64,000 bases of DNA, from assembly GCA_050084985.1 (NCBI GenBank), contig JBITNC010000001.1, positions 107,942,001 to 108,006,000 of the forward strand, given 5' to 3'. The position numbers were made by a program, and so were the translations under genes. Positions 49,759 to 64,000 of this stretch are shown in pieces (position 1 is the first letter of the stretch; each line of letters opens with the position of its first letter). Below the pieces are notes generated by a model. The model ran no database searches and was not told the origin of the DNA. It saw only the letters and a program-made list of their open reading frames with translations. This DNA comes from Nageia nagi (lineage: Eukaryota; Plantae; Pinophyta).

Positions 49759-52700
49759 AGAACAACAAAGTAGACATAAATATTTTTAATAATTTTCATA
49801 GATGTATGCAGGTAATATTTGTAATTTTATTTTCCAAGAAGCTTGATCACATTTTATAAATTAGAGCACAATAATTATAAATTGGAACTCCCCATGCTTG
49901 TTTTGGCCTTCTTGCTCCATATATGTAGTTACGTTGCATATTAATTCGATGTCTACCCATATTTTATGTGAGGTTGTTAATCTTTTTAGTCTCAAGATGG
50001 TTGTATTTTATGAATCCAAGCTGAGGTTGTTTATATAGTATGGGGTTAACCTTGCGAAAAAGGTCATTAAGATTGATTCTATTGGAAGGAAGATCACTAT
50101 GTATTTTCTATTTATAGTGTGGGTTTATTTTTCTAGTCATTAATGGACTAGGAGACCATTTTCCTGCTTGATAAGACTGTTAGGCCCTACTTTCTTATTA
50201 TCGATGGAGGGGCTTAATGAATATGAAGTTGTTAATTGAGTTCCTTCTATGTGAGGCTATTTTTCTCCATTCCCTATAGCTTAGTCTAGTTGTAGGTATT
50301 CATATTCACAAGCTCAAACTTGGGTTCATTTCCTATTTTTTTCCTACACCCTACAATTTTATGAGGACTAGACTTTCTAGCATCTTTTTCCCTTTCTTTT
50401 TGCATCATTTATTATCTCTTTCTTATAACTTTTAAACTTGAACCAAGGATCTCCGCCAAGTGGAGCAAGATATGACTTGTAAATTTGAAGGTTGGACCTT
50501 GTCCATCAAATTCTTAGTTCATATGGTTCTATAATGGCATGAGGTTATACCATACAAATCAATAATTTTTTGCATGCCTGATAGGACTCATCCCATAACA
50601 CTTTCAAGGTAAATCTAGTGATCTTTTATTATGAATATTTGTACATTTTGTCTATTTCTTGTAAATAGGATGGAAAATTTGTTGGTTTAGGTTGCACAAG
50701 CCTGGGCAAATAGAGATTTTTATGACCTCCTCATTGCAAGCAATATTTCAATCATGTTTGAGGAATTCAATCTATATATATCATAGCAATGGTGGATGTG
50801 TGTAGGGTGTTGGAGACATTCACACCTTGTTTGTCTTTCATCCCTCTAACCCCTGCCAACTCCTATAATTACACATATTTTGTTGGTACAATATTTCCAC
50901 TTCAGACTAACTAAAGTGCATTTTTGGTGCAAAAATGTTATATTAAGATATAACATTAATTTATTTTTTTTACGTTTATTGTATAATTTTTAATTTTTAA
51001 TATTGTAAATATTTTACTTTGAGCACCTATAGAATTTTGTATTCATTGTAAATATTTATGCAAACCCATCTTGTAAATATTTAAAATTAAAAGCTTGATA
51101 CATTTTCATCTTCGATGGTATTGTTCACACTTGAATTTTGATGATCATATTAAGCATTTTCTATGTCTTGGAGGCCAATGATTTTATGGATCTTGAGGCA
51201 TGTATAAGGCCTATGAGCATAAAAATAATTCCAAAACTAGATCTCCTTATCTATACTGAAATTGGGGACTACATTACTATATTGTATTACGTTCAAGATC
51301 TTTTGAGAAGTGATATTATCATTATGTAAAGGGCTAAACAAATGATAATAACTACAAGAGGACTCATTTAGTTATCCAACACAAGACCTTGTGTAGAATA
51401 CAAATTTGTAGAGATTGAAGAGATTTGAAGAAGTAAAGAAGAGTGTGCATTGGTATAAACATCTTGTGAATCTCTAACTTGACAAAGTTATATTTAAGTG
51501 AGGATAATCATCCCATGTATGCACTCCACACACCCTGAGACCTTACACCCATGTATTACCTAGCAGCATTGATGAAAATATCATACCTAGCCCACTATGT
51601 TGATGACATCAACATTTGCACAGCCATTCCTCAATGTTAGTATCAATCCTGGGCTAGTTACTATCTCCATATTGATGTTTGAATTATTTGATTAATGACT
51701 TATCAAAATGTAGTCTCATGGAATTTTAATAATCACATTAACATATGTGTATAGAATATTTTAAAAAAACTATAGAGGAAATATCTAAGGAGACTATATG
51801 ATTGTAAACACATGAGAAATAGAAGTGTTATAGAACCTAGCTCCCATATCAATGTTTCAATGATGTATCAGAATAAAGAGATATCAAGAGGAATGTGGGA
51901 GCCATATAGAAAGAATCAAGTGCAATGATAAGAGGGCCTCATTTAATCATACAATAGAAGAATCAATGCACAATGCAGACCTATATGAGTTGAAGGTATT
52001 ATGAAAAGTATGGAAAATAAAGCATATATGTATTATTGATGGAGAAACGTACATGAATATGAAGTTTCTAGTTGAATTCCTTCTTTGTAGAGTTATTTTA
52101 TTCATTTCTTGCAACTTATTCTAGTTGTGGGTATTCCTATTCACAAGCCAAAACTTGGGGTCATTTCCCATTTATTTCCTGCACCCTATAATTTTTTGAG
52201 CACCAAACTCTTTTTGAAGTATTTTTTCTTTTTTTTAGAGCATTTCCTATCTCTTTCTTGTAACTTTAAAACTTGACCCAAGGCTCTCCATGTCAAGTGG
52301 AACAAGAACTAACTTGTAAAGGTTTAACCTCATCCATCCAACGCTTGGTTCATGTAGTTCTATAATGATGTGATATTACACCATATGAATCAACACTCAT
52401 CATCAAGCTTTCTTGTTGAAATAAGTTTTCTCTTCAAATCAAGTATGTGCTTTACTATCTTGAGCAACCACTAATTTCCATTAGGAAATTTAATCAAAAT
52501 CTTACCCATTCACATAATTTTGCATGGGTGATTATTGCGTAATAAAACCTATCCAAATTCACCTTGAACATAATCTATAAAGTATTTTCTATGAGAAATT
52601 GCATGAAAAGAGGCATCATAATCAATAACCCAATAATCAGAATTCTTATCTAAACATAGAATCAAAGCATCTTGAAAAACATCATCTGCAATATTTTTTT

Positions 52701-55049
52701 CTTGATTATTACCCTATTTATCTTCATCTTCTTTTCCATCTCTTTTCTGAAACCAATAATTTTAGATGTTCTTTCTTCCCATAATACCAAAATTCCAATT
52801 TACCTTTTCCTTTAGATTTGGATATGCCCTTCTTTGATTTCTCATGGTTTGGAATCTTACCTCTCTCCCTCTATATACCTCTTTTCTGAGTAGTCAAAGC
52901 AATACCTAATGTTTCATATATATATTTCCATTGCATGTACTCATTACGGATAATATCCACAACATCTTCAAACTTTAGCTTGCTAGAATTTGAGGTAGAA
53001 CTACTCATAATAATAAATAAGTTATTCTAGCTTTCTAGCAATGAGCATAATATTAGTAGAGCCCTAATCTCATCATTAAAGTCTATATCAACTAAGTTTA
53101 ATTTATTAATAACTATGTTAAATTCATTCAAGTGATCAGTAATAAACCCACCTTCAATCATTTGAATATTAAACAAATATTTTATGAGGAATACCTTATT
53201 CAAAGCTAAGGGTTTTTATATAACTTATCCAAAGTTATCGTGAGATCTTTGGTTGTCTTTTGTTTAGATATATTTAAGGAAACTGTGGATCCTAGGTATA
53301 ACATTGATATTTCCAATGCCTTTCTATAGAGAAGTTCCCACTCTTTATTTGACATAGCCATCAATTTCTTTACGTTTCCACCCAGTGGTAGATAAAGGTC
53401 CTTCTGATATAAATAATCCTCCATCTACATCTTACAAAGCTAAAAGTTTTGGAAATTAAATTTCACAACCTTGAACTTCCCTTCTTCTTCCATTGCTCCC
53501 AATTGAACTAGAAACCCTCCTTTCTATTGAGTACTCAATAAAACAAATGCTTTGATGCCAGTTGTTAGGATCTACTATATAAAAATATAGTTTGAGCAAT
53601 TCAACTTATTCTAAATTATAAAAGAATAAACAATAATAAAATCACATAAATAAGAGAAACATATATATAACATGGTTCACCCTATGTGGGCTATGTCCAC
53701 AAATAAATATTCAATTCTTAGTATTAATTAGTCCAAGCCATAAATATATAAAATATGCAACCACACTATTATACCTTCCTCTTTGATTTACAAGATTTTC
53801 TCTCAATATATCATAACAATCTCTCTCACAAATTCACACCTTGAATTCTCTTATTTTAATAATTCCATATATTCTCATACCCTTTACTAGATTAAATTTA
53901 CAACATATAGAAACACCATTACATGCAAACATTAGTTATCTTGAGTTTAATTTATTAAAAAGATCAAGTTAAAGTACTTAAAATAGAAAACTTGTACCTC
54001 TAGTTTGTGATTAGTCACCATAATATCGATTGGGTTTTAGGTTGGTTTCCATCAAACCGATTAGGGAGGGTTAGTTTCCCAATCAAGATTGATCAATCAC
54101 TACCAAACCGATTGACTTTGTTGATCAAAATTATGTATATCAATTGCTAAAATAGAGATTTATTTTTTATACTAAGTCAAAAATCAAGTTCTAAAACTAA
54201 CAAGTGATTGCATTAGCCTCAAAAGCCTGCTTGATAAAATAAATATGATAATCAAATGTTTAATCAACCACCAAGGAATGTGGCAAAGTAATGCACCATA
54301 AAACCATAAATGAGTGTGTAAGATCATTAGCTTTGCTAGAGGTATAAAATAGGTCACAAGAAAAAATATTCAAAAATATTTTTAAAGGGAACGTGGAGAT
54401 TTGTTGGACATACTTATTGGAGTAAAATGATAGTGATATTTGCAAATGATCATGATCAAATAATAGGTTATAGGAGTTTTTACTATTTAGGATTATATGT
54501 AGGATATCACATCAACTTTATGAGCTTATTTGGTAGAGCACCACATCATGAGTAGGAAGGAATGAACATGCAGGCTACCATCTCAATCAAACATGCAATG
54601 GAGGAGAGTATAGGAAGTGTTAGCATTTTGTAAGTTTATTATGTACACTTTCTTTATTCTTTCTTATAGATATAATATGTGTTTGTGAAAAATTCACATA
54701 AGGGAGTAAAGAGAAGACACACAAGTTGGAGCCTTCAAGTTTGATGGTGCATATCCAACCCTTCATCTAGTATTCACATGCATGTTTCTCATGAGTTTTT
54801 TATACTAATTTTTCTTTCATTTCATAGAGGGATAATGTTAAATATCTGCATTCATTTTATTTTTCATTGGGTATTATTTTTATTACATGGAATGGTATTA
54901 TTTTATTTTTATTTTTATATTAAATATCTCTTATTGCAATGTTGTTGAAATGAGTTCTCATTGTTATGCATTTTTACAAGTATAATGTTCATGTTTTAAA
55001 ATATTTTGTGGGCATATTTTTTATTTGCAATTTGTAAAAGTTGAATGCA

Positions 55050-58000
55050 TGTCATATACCCAAATTTTCATACTAAAATGTCACACCATTTTTTTAAATT
55101 AAAGATTGAATTTAGAATATTTCTAACATTATTGTATAGGTAAGCTTTCTCTATCTAACCCTAAGAATTTAACATTTATCTTATTAATGATAGAACATAA
55201 CTTCTTACATACAATGAACATTTGCTACACACACATCACTTATTAATTACAATCAACAATTACTACACACACATACATGCACATGAACACATACGCGTAC
55301 ATACTCACACATGTACATGTACACACACATGCACATGCACATGCACATAGACGTACATGTACATGCACACAAACACACAAATACATACACACAATGGATC
55401 TTGTTGTAATTTAATCACTTATTTTCTTATTAAACCACTTTAAACTATTATCATAAGTTTCAAGGGATAAGCCACAATCAATACCCTCATGCATAATTAA
55501 ATTATTCAAAATTAAGGATCCGTTAAATGTTAGTAATTTACTTTAGATTTGAAATATAATTTTAACATTATGATTATTGTTAAGTGGTTTAGTAAATATC
55601 ATAACACAAATCCAATTTATAATATTATATATATTGAATTCAATTTATTTAAACACCCAATAAAGCCAATTCAAGTAGTAATTCAAGATTTGAATATTAC
55701 AATTATTTACTCAACAATTAATCAAGCACATGATTAGCACTAGTACTCTTCATTATATTAAGACAATAATTGAGATTCATATCATTAATAAGATCAATCT
55801 TAATATATAGATATTTATTTATAGGTTTGCAATTGAACTATTTGCTAGAGATAAACATCATATGCTAATGACTAACCAAAGATATATTAAGTAGTTTTTC
55901 ACATGTTAAATATCCATGACATAATTTTCTACATCTATGAGTTATTTATTTTAACCACTTACATCAATTTAGTCTTCAAGTATTCAAAGATAATTTGCTC
56001 ACAACATTATGAAATCTACCAATAGACATTATTGACTATCATTCCATAATACATTTAATGTAACGAGTCATCTACTTAAGTTATTTCTATAATTAAGAAG
56101 ATAATAAAATGTCATCTATAAAATAATAAATTATTATTGAATTCCCATCATAAAACATAAAGCAATTAGGCCATATATGTAAGAAGTGTTCAAATCTATT
56201 TATAAATCTACCATAATGATTTAACCATCTACATAAATAGTACAAATCCACAAATAGCATAAAGATATAGCATACTTATGTACCACCAGGTTGTCCAAAA
56301 TGGAGTTCAATTGTTCACAAAATAGCCACAAAGGTTTATACAAATATACATAATCCATCAAATAACATCAATATTTATAAGTAATTCTTTTTTTGATAGT
56401 CCACATCAACACTTTTGAATTTACAAGTATTATACCATTTGTTTTATATTCATAATACCAAAACATTAAGTTAATATACCTTCACTTTTTCTACTCTTAA
56501 TGAAAAATATCCAAGTCCATATTCCAATAAATAGTTCCATCTTCTAGCCACCCACTGCAATAAGCCCTGCATCTACAATCAGAATACATTCAAATTATAA
56601 GACTCACTTCTCAACTAACCTAAAACTATCTCCTAAATGGTTGTTAGTTAATCAAGATCAGACATCATTTGATATATAATTAAATAAATTATCATCAAGT
56701 AAAAAATGTACCAAGAAAAATAATCAACAATAAGCTTAACAAGATCAATGCATTATTCATATTAAACAACCTTGCTTCTTTGGACTCAAGTAAGTGTTCA
56801 TTCACATGTACTTTAGTAATTCATATAATAAGTCCCATACAATTATTATGAAATCAAATTCATATTTCATTCTATTTTAACTACATTATTAAGTATACAA
56901 AACTTGCATTTTCCTAGGGACAATATTAAGGGTTCATTTCAATGAACTACGATGCTAAATTCTAATTGAACATCTGCCAACCATGGAAAGATGAAAAATA
57001 TTATGCATCCAACCCTTGAGATTAGATAATAATATCTTATCCAAGATAACAAATTATCCATGCAACTTAACTAATGCATAAGTTCTCCCTTAAATGCATC
57101 CATTACATGAGTTCATGTATCCTCAACTCAATTGAGAATCCTGCCTAAAGAATAGACACTTTTAGTTTCAAGTGTATCCTTAATAGAATGAAATCAAGTA
57201 TAATATGATAAGTACATCCTTGAAAATCCTATGGGTATAAGTAGATAAGGACTATACCATAAGGAATTCATAATTCCATAAAGTTCCTTATAAAATGTAA
57301 GGTATTAATGCAACTATATGATGCTTAATCATATGTTACCATTAATCTTGATGCAATGGAAAAATCATTCCACTTTCATCCTTGCATTATTCACGAAATC
57401 CTAATCAATTCTATATGCTAAGAAATGCATTCATATATGTATGCATGTAAAGTATATTTTTTGGGTACTTTTCTACTTAATTAAAATGGTTATCACATCT
57501 TGATAAACCAAGCATACTCACAATAAGAACCAACAAAATGAAATCAACATCATATATAATCACCTACCTGAAGGATCAAATAATGATTGCTCTCACCATA
57601 AATCATATATTAATACAAACACTTCACATTAGTCCACTAATGAAAAGAATAATGCTTCTAGATATCTTTTTCATTATCCTAAAGTCAATTAAGTATTATT
57701 ATATTAAGAAAATAAGCATGAGCATATCATTATTAAGGAACTTATCTCATCATAACAACACTTTTCTTTACAAGAATTTAATAAACCATCACACTACAAC
57801 AAAAAACACAATAGGTGATGATAAAACTCAACAATGTAATAAATCAACATAATTCAAAACCCCTATTTCACAAGTTATTCCAACAATTCACCATACAATT
57901 CATATGTTGAGTTTTAATCTATGTTATTAACTTAGATTCTTTCTAAATTATAGAAATAATCTAGGTTTCTACAAAAAGGATAATAAATAATTTTTCTCCC

Positions 58001-58351
58001 AAAAAGAGATCTTCTTTACCAACTAATATAATTAATATCTAAATAACAAGAAGAGTGAAGAGTTAGATTTTTTAATAAAATCTCATTGAGGTTTAATTTT
58101 AGCTATGAAATTATTTTAACAAAAATGAACGAAATTACTTTTCTTATTACATAATTGCTCTGGGAGATAGAGAGTTTCAATATCCCCAATGTTGAGTGTG
58201 GATCCTGATTAGGGTTTGAATCTTTACATTTCTCAACCTTGGTTACAATTGGTGTATCGATCATTGATTCAACCAACCAACCAATCAATCATTTTACAAA
58301 TTGGGGAATGGATGGTGATGGAAGCATTACATAGTAATTAGGCCTGTCACA
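55050..58351. mobile_element. Possible large Gypsy solo LTR
   Basis: tgtcatataccc... and ...ggcctgtcaca termini around AT-rich non-coding DNA; TSD not clean. Confidence 0.35.
55265..55392. repeat. Degenerate (CA)n/(CACATG)n microsatellite
   Basis: Directly visible. Confidence 0.9.
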
Positions 58352-58390
58352 TCCAATTCACATTAGCTAGCTAGTTTGATACATACTAAT

Positions 58391-61108
58391 TGTAAAACGT
58401 AGAACATTAAACTCCATTTTGGATAGTCAAAACATGTTCAATTAGTCCATTATTGCATAGTTGGGGGTTACATAGAGGTTGGGGAGTTACTCCATAGTTT
58501 CCTTGACCACTTTTAGGGTCAATATCGTCTTGTATCCCTCTTATAAATAAGGCTATTTGGATTGAGGTCCTATATGGTTTTAGTACTATTTTTGATCTTA
58601 TTGTAGGTGATGATTTTGATGTTATTCATGTTGAGAGTTTGAGAGACATTTGTAGAGAGGTGTTGTTGTACTCTAAAGTGAAGGTTGTGGCAAGGTTATG
58701 TTGTTTATTTAATTCTTGGAGGACTTGGAGATTTGATGATAATGTAAAGGTTGAAAGCTTCTCTGTGGAGTAACCAACATTAGGTGAACCACATTAATCT
58801 CTTATCTCACTTTCTTATGTGTTTGATTATCATTTTAAGTTCAGTATACTAGTTACTTCTTTTGCCAAGGAGTAGGAGGATTATATTCAAGTTTATATGT
58901 AATTGTTTAAACCTAACAAGTGGTATTAGAGCTTGTTATTTTATTGGATTTTGCTTAATTAATCTTGTTTGTAGATTGGAACCAAGAGGAACATATGGTA
59001 GAATAAGGGAGGATGAATGTTAAAAGATTCAATGGGAAAGGTTTTCAATTCTAGAGAATGCAAATAGAAGACTACCTCTTCTAAAAAGACCTTTATCAAC
59101 CTCTTGAAGATAAGAGTAGGAAACCCTCATCCATGAGTGATGAAGTTTGGAATTTGTTGAATAGAAAGGATTTGGGGGTTGTTAGACTTTGTTTAAGTTA
59201 TAGAGTATATTTAACACTTTGAGGAGATAAAATAACTAAAGATGTAATGGATAAACTTGCTAAAATGTATAAAAATCCATCCACCTCAAACAAAGTATAA
59301 TTGACAAAAAAATTGTTTAACATGAAGATGAATGAAGGTAGTTCAGTCCAAGATCATGTCAATGAGTTTAATATAGTCATAAATCAATTAAGTTTAATCA
59401 AGATAGTGTTTGAAGATGAAATAAGATCTTTGTTAATATTGTATTCTCTTTCAGATAGTAAGAATAGTTTTGTCATGGCTATTAATAACTCTTATTCTAA
59501 TGTAAAATTGGTCTTTGATGAAATTGTTAGAATCATACTACATGAAGATATGAGTAGAAGGTGTATAGGTGAAAGTTCCAATATGAATCTCACAGTGGAA
59601 ACATGGGAAAGATTAAGGGAAAGGAGAATAAGCAAGTGGAAAATCCAAAGGGAGATCACAATCAAAAGTTAAAACAAGATTAGAATTTTAGCACTATGGT
59701 AAAAAGGGTCACATTAAAAAGGATAATTGGAATATAAAAAGTAAAGAAGTAGAAGGTAGTAATAATAATGAAAGCACAAGTAATCAAGAAGCAAACATAT
59801 TTGGTGATATATTACAAGATGCTAATAATGTCTCTTGATAAAAATGGTGACTACTTGGTAATTGATTCAGATCTTCATTTCATGCTACCTCACATAAAGA
59901 ATATTTCATAAACTACACACAAGGTGATTATGGTCAAGTCTTATTTGGTAATACATACCCATGCAAAATTGTTGGTATTGGTAATATAATAATAAAATTA
60001 CCTAATAGTGCATAATGGACTCTTTATGATGCAAGACACATTCCATATCTTAAAAGAAATCTAATATCAATAAGTAAATTGGATAAGGAAGGGTATATGG
60101 TTGCATTTGGTAATTCTATTTGGAAAGTAACAAAAGGTTCAATGGTGGTTGCAAAGGTTAATTTGGTTGCCTCACTTTATTTGCTTACAAATATCTTTGA
60201 TTACTCCATGAATCTTGTTTTAGTAGGTGAAGATGCAATACTATGACATAATAGAATTAGGCACATGAGTGAGAAAGTATGAAAATATTACACTCTAGAT
60301 GCTTGCTTTCAAATTTAAAATAGATTGATATTGGATTTTTTGAAGATTGTGTATATGGTAAACAAAGACGAGTTAGTTTCTTAAAAGTTGGCAAAGAAAA
60401 GAAAAGAAAAGTCAAAAGTTAAAGTTGGTTCATACAAATGTGTGGGGTCCTTCACAAGTTAGCTCACTTGGTGGCTCATCTTAATTTATCATTTTTATTG
60501 ATGACTCTGCTAGAAAGACATTTGTGTATTGCATTACAAGTAAATCTGATGTGTTTGAAACATTTAAGGTTTGTAAGGAATTGGTTGAAAAAGAAACAAG
60601 TTTAAAGTTGAAATGTCTCAAATATGATAATGGTGGTAGATTTTGTAGCAAAGAGTTTGATATATTTTATTCATATAATGGCATTAGAAGGATTAAGGTG
60701 GTTTTTAGAACTCCATAAGAAAATGCAGTTGTAGAAAGAATGAATAAGATTATCTTGGAAAGGGCTAGAAGCATGAGGATACATGCAAGATTACCTTTAA
60801 ATGTTTGGGCTAATGCTATTGATATTGCTATTTACTTGCTTAATAGGGGTCCATCTATGGCTTTAGATGGAGGCATTCTAAAGGAGATGTGGACAAGTAC
60901 AAAGGTGAACTACTCATTCCTAAGAGTCTTTAGTTGTGAAGCATTTGCACATATTGATAAAGAGTATAGAAATAAACTTGATGTAAATTCACAAAAATGC
61001 TACTTCATTGGATATGGTGTTGATGGTTTGGGTTATAGATTATGGGATGTTGATAATAAAAAAATCATTAGAATAGATATGTTATATTCAATGAGAAAAG
61101 CATGTATA
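58391..61108 (+). mobile_element. Decayed Tork/Tnt1-like Copia: 5' LTR (~58391-58918) plus gag-PR-IN, interrupted at 61109
   Basis: LTR end ...ctaaca, PBS tggtattagagc 58921-58932, gag RMQIEDYL, integrase ERARSMR and CYFIGYG..GYRLWD. Confidence 0.85.
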
Positions 61109-64000
61109 TGATGAAATTAATCCTTTCTGAATAACCTCTAAACTACCAAGAGCTCATGGAGGTACATACAACATCAATACAACAACTCAATAACATAAGA
61201 CAATATTACAAATAACATAAGATATAAAGTGGTTCCTCCCTCATTGGGAGTATGTCCACTAACTAAGATCTTCTTATTCTAAAGGACCTCTCTTATAGAA
61301 ATATCTCCTCTCTCTTCAAACCCTAATCCTAGCTTTATAATTAATTTCAATACAATGAGAGGAGGGGTACCTCTCTATTTATAAGAAGAAACCCACCCTT
61401 TAACCTCTCTTTAACCTAAGGGTAAGGTTAAAGATGTTTTCATATAAAACCTATTTCTAAATTTATTTCTCTTTCTATTTTTATTCCCTTAATGCTTTAA
61501 GGTATCTAAAGATACTTTAAGAATTAAGTGAATTTACATTTAAAAAGAAATATTATACAATATTACATTACAAATTCTAACACCCCCCCTTAATGTAATA
61601 TTGGGATAGAGTGTAGAGAAAGAAGAAAGCAAGAGAGAGTTCTCGTCCAAAGAGATACAAGCGAAGATGAGAACTTTTTACATCATTGAGAAATAAGTAA
61701 GATTTTAGTTTGAGACTCATTACAATTGCATTTGACAAAATGATTTATAATACAATCATTAACCATAACTAATTTCACTAAAAGTATAGTTGATCAATAT
61801 TGATTCGACATGCAAGCCTCCATGAGCTGTAGAAAGTAACCTTCATTTCTCAAGATGAAACCTACAAGCTACAAGAAGCTCATAAATAAGACCAATTAGA
61901 TGCATTATATAAACATTTATATCAATTTCAAGATAAATGAACTAAGTAATGCTATCCAAAAACAAAATTGATCAATGATACACTATAAGTCATCACAAAG
62001 ATGCCAAGATAATACTTATAGCCATCTGCTGTATATTAGAAACCTATGTTGATAAAATAAGAGCATATGCATATATAACAAACTCACAAATGGATAACCA
62101 AATAGGGATAACAAACACATACTGATTCCTCACATAGTGATAACAAAAAAACTATACCATGAGTTCCTCACAAAGAGTAAAATAAACACATAGGTGTACA
62201 TTTAGATCAACACTATACAACAAAAAATCCTCCTAGAGATGAAGTTATCATCACAAACATGAATTCATACTTCACTTCCCCTTGAGGACAACTTCACTAC
62301 CATAAAAAACTGTCAAAGTGTGCACACAAAGTTTCTTAACACAATTAGTGAATAAATCAAGAGAGACAAATTCAGATGAACAGAGCTACAATTGTTGCAT
62401 TAAGAACTTTTTCACTAATACAATGTGCTTAGATTTGTGGTACATTATAAGTCATCACTAATATGCCAAGCTCATATTTATAGTTACCAATAGAGGAATG
62501 TATAAACAAAAGATACAAACTAAACAAAAATTGAACAACTTTATTAATAAGAAAGAAATGATAATGGATTCATTAAGAATTCAACATTTACTTCCCTTTT
62601 AAGGGCAACTTCACCAGCCCAATAAAATCCTTAAGCTAACAGAACTAAGCTTTAGGAAGAGACTTGGTGAACAAATCAACAAAGTTTAGAATTGATGGAC
62701 AATACTACAAGTGTAAAAGACCATCTAGAACTTTCTCTTCGATGAAGTGAGCTTGGAATTCTACATGCTTTATTCTTTGATGGAAAATAGGATTTTTTGC
62801 CAAAGCAATAATTGATGTATTATCTAAAGAAATTAGAGATGGATGAACTTACTCATACCCAACTTCTTTCATAATATGCCTCAACTAGATGGGTTCCTAG
62901 GCTGTAAGTGACATTGCATAATATTCAACCTCGATGGTGGAGAGTGCAGTAGTAGGCTACTTCTTAGAAGCCCAAGAGATAGCACTTAAACCAATACTAA
63001 ACACATAAGTAGAGGTTGATTTTCTATCATCTCTATCTCTCCCATAATCAGAATCTGAAAATCTTGAGAGAACAAACAAAGGCAACTTGTCATATTTGAG
63101 AGCAAGATCTTTAATGCTTGCAACATACCTTAAAATTTGCTAAATAGCATTGAAGTGTTTAACATATGGCTTTTGCATAAAGTGAGCCATCAAATTCATG
63201 GTAAAGGCAATATTTGACTTGGAGATAGTCAAATAAAGAAGACTACTAAGTAGTTGCCCATAAGCTATAGCATTTACCAACTAAGAGTTGGAACTAAGAG
63301 ACACAATGATTCTAGGAGGGACTAGGATTACAACATGCTTGCATTCCTTCATTCCAAACTTTTGCAAGATATCTAAGATATAATTAGATTGATTAAGATA
63401 AGTACAATATTGATATTAGTAGACTTGCATACCAAGGTAGTAATGCAATGGACCAAGGTCAATCATTTCCAAAGTTGCCTTAAGTTTGGAGATGCACTCT
63501 TGTATGAGGACTAAATTGTTCCCTATAATCAATAGATAATCTACATAGAGAAGAATCAAGATTAAGTCTTGTCCTTGATTGAGCACATAAAGATTTGTAT
63601 TAGAGAAGAATTTAGAAAAACCAATGTCCTCAAAGAATCTTGAAATCTTATGGTACCAAGCCCTAGGTGTTTGCTTAAGTCCATATAAAGACTTCTTTAA
63701 CTTGCAAATAAAAGATTCTTTTCCTTCCACAATAAACCCTTTTGGTTGATTTATGTAGATTTTCACATCTAAGTCACCATTGATAAAAGCACTCTTGACA
63801 TCAAATTAAAAAACTTTCCATCCCTAAGCTGTAAAAAGAGCAAGAATTACTTTAATAGTAGGCATCTTTGCCACTGAAGCAAAGGTTTCTTCATAATCAA
63901 CTTCATATTTTTGAGCAAAACCCTATCTCGCTTTATACTTCTCAATTTCTCCAACAAAATTATATTTGATCTTATAAATCCATTTGTTACTAATCACATT
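61109..64000 (-). mobile_element. Older relative of the young Copia (3' LTR 61109-61582, 3' UTR, RNase H, RT); runs off the window
   Basis: LTR, PPT and 3' UTR are homologous to 39957-41300; RT LKKSLYGLKQ..YVDY; multiple stop codons. Confidence 0.9.

Larger units (their letters stand above)
38317..52395 (+). mobile_element. Non-autonomous Gypsy (Tat/Ogre-like) LTR element, middle layer of the nest
   Basis: TG...CA ends, TSD CTCAT; LTR1 38317-50564 (split by the young Copia), LTR2 50936-52395 with ~1 kb internal deletion; degenerate Arg-type PBS tgcatgcctgataggac at ~50571; only ~370 bp of internal sequence. Confidence 0.75.
34635..54202 (-). mobile_element. Decayed Ty1/Copia (Tork/Tnt1-like) element, outer layer of the nest
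   Basis: LTRs 34635-~35569 and 53563-54202, TSD AGTGA on both sides, degenerate Met PBS 53549-53560, PPT ~35570-35580, gag remnant MEDYLYQKDL, IN/RT remnants 35760-38316. Confidence 0.88.

Overview
Plant nuclear DNA; a gymnosperm-like seed plant is inferred from repeat style and is not proven. The left part (4.7-26.8 kb, minus strand) holds an apparently intact 17-coding-exon PRT6/UBR1-type N-recognin E3 ligase gene of about 2116 aa, with exon phases checked by eye. Its introns contain three ~1.5-1.7 kb RT-less poly(A) retroelements and several tandem repeats. The right part (28-64 kb) is a retrotransposon nest. It has a decayed L1 LINE carrying two solo LTRs, then a Tork/Tnt1-like Copia (TSD AGTGA) containing a non-autonomous Tat-like LTR element (TSD CTCAT), which in turn contains a very young Copia (identical-looking 498-bp LTRs, TSD AGAAC). 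A second Tork-like Copia at the right end is interrupted by an older relative of the young Copia. The young Copia is the most unusual object. Its 5' end is rearranged (duplicated gag-pol piece plus an inverted 101-bp LTR segment, predicting a fold-back RNA). Its 2.6-kb leader looks like an intron and contains a densely structured domain. Its 3' UTR carries an array of covarying hairpins. Separately, an exact 24-nt copy of PRT6 exon 7 sits inside an intronic retroelement. All calls were made by eye; no database searches were run.
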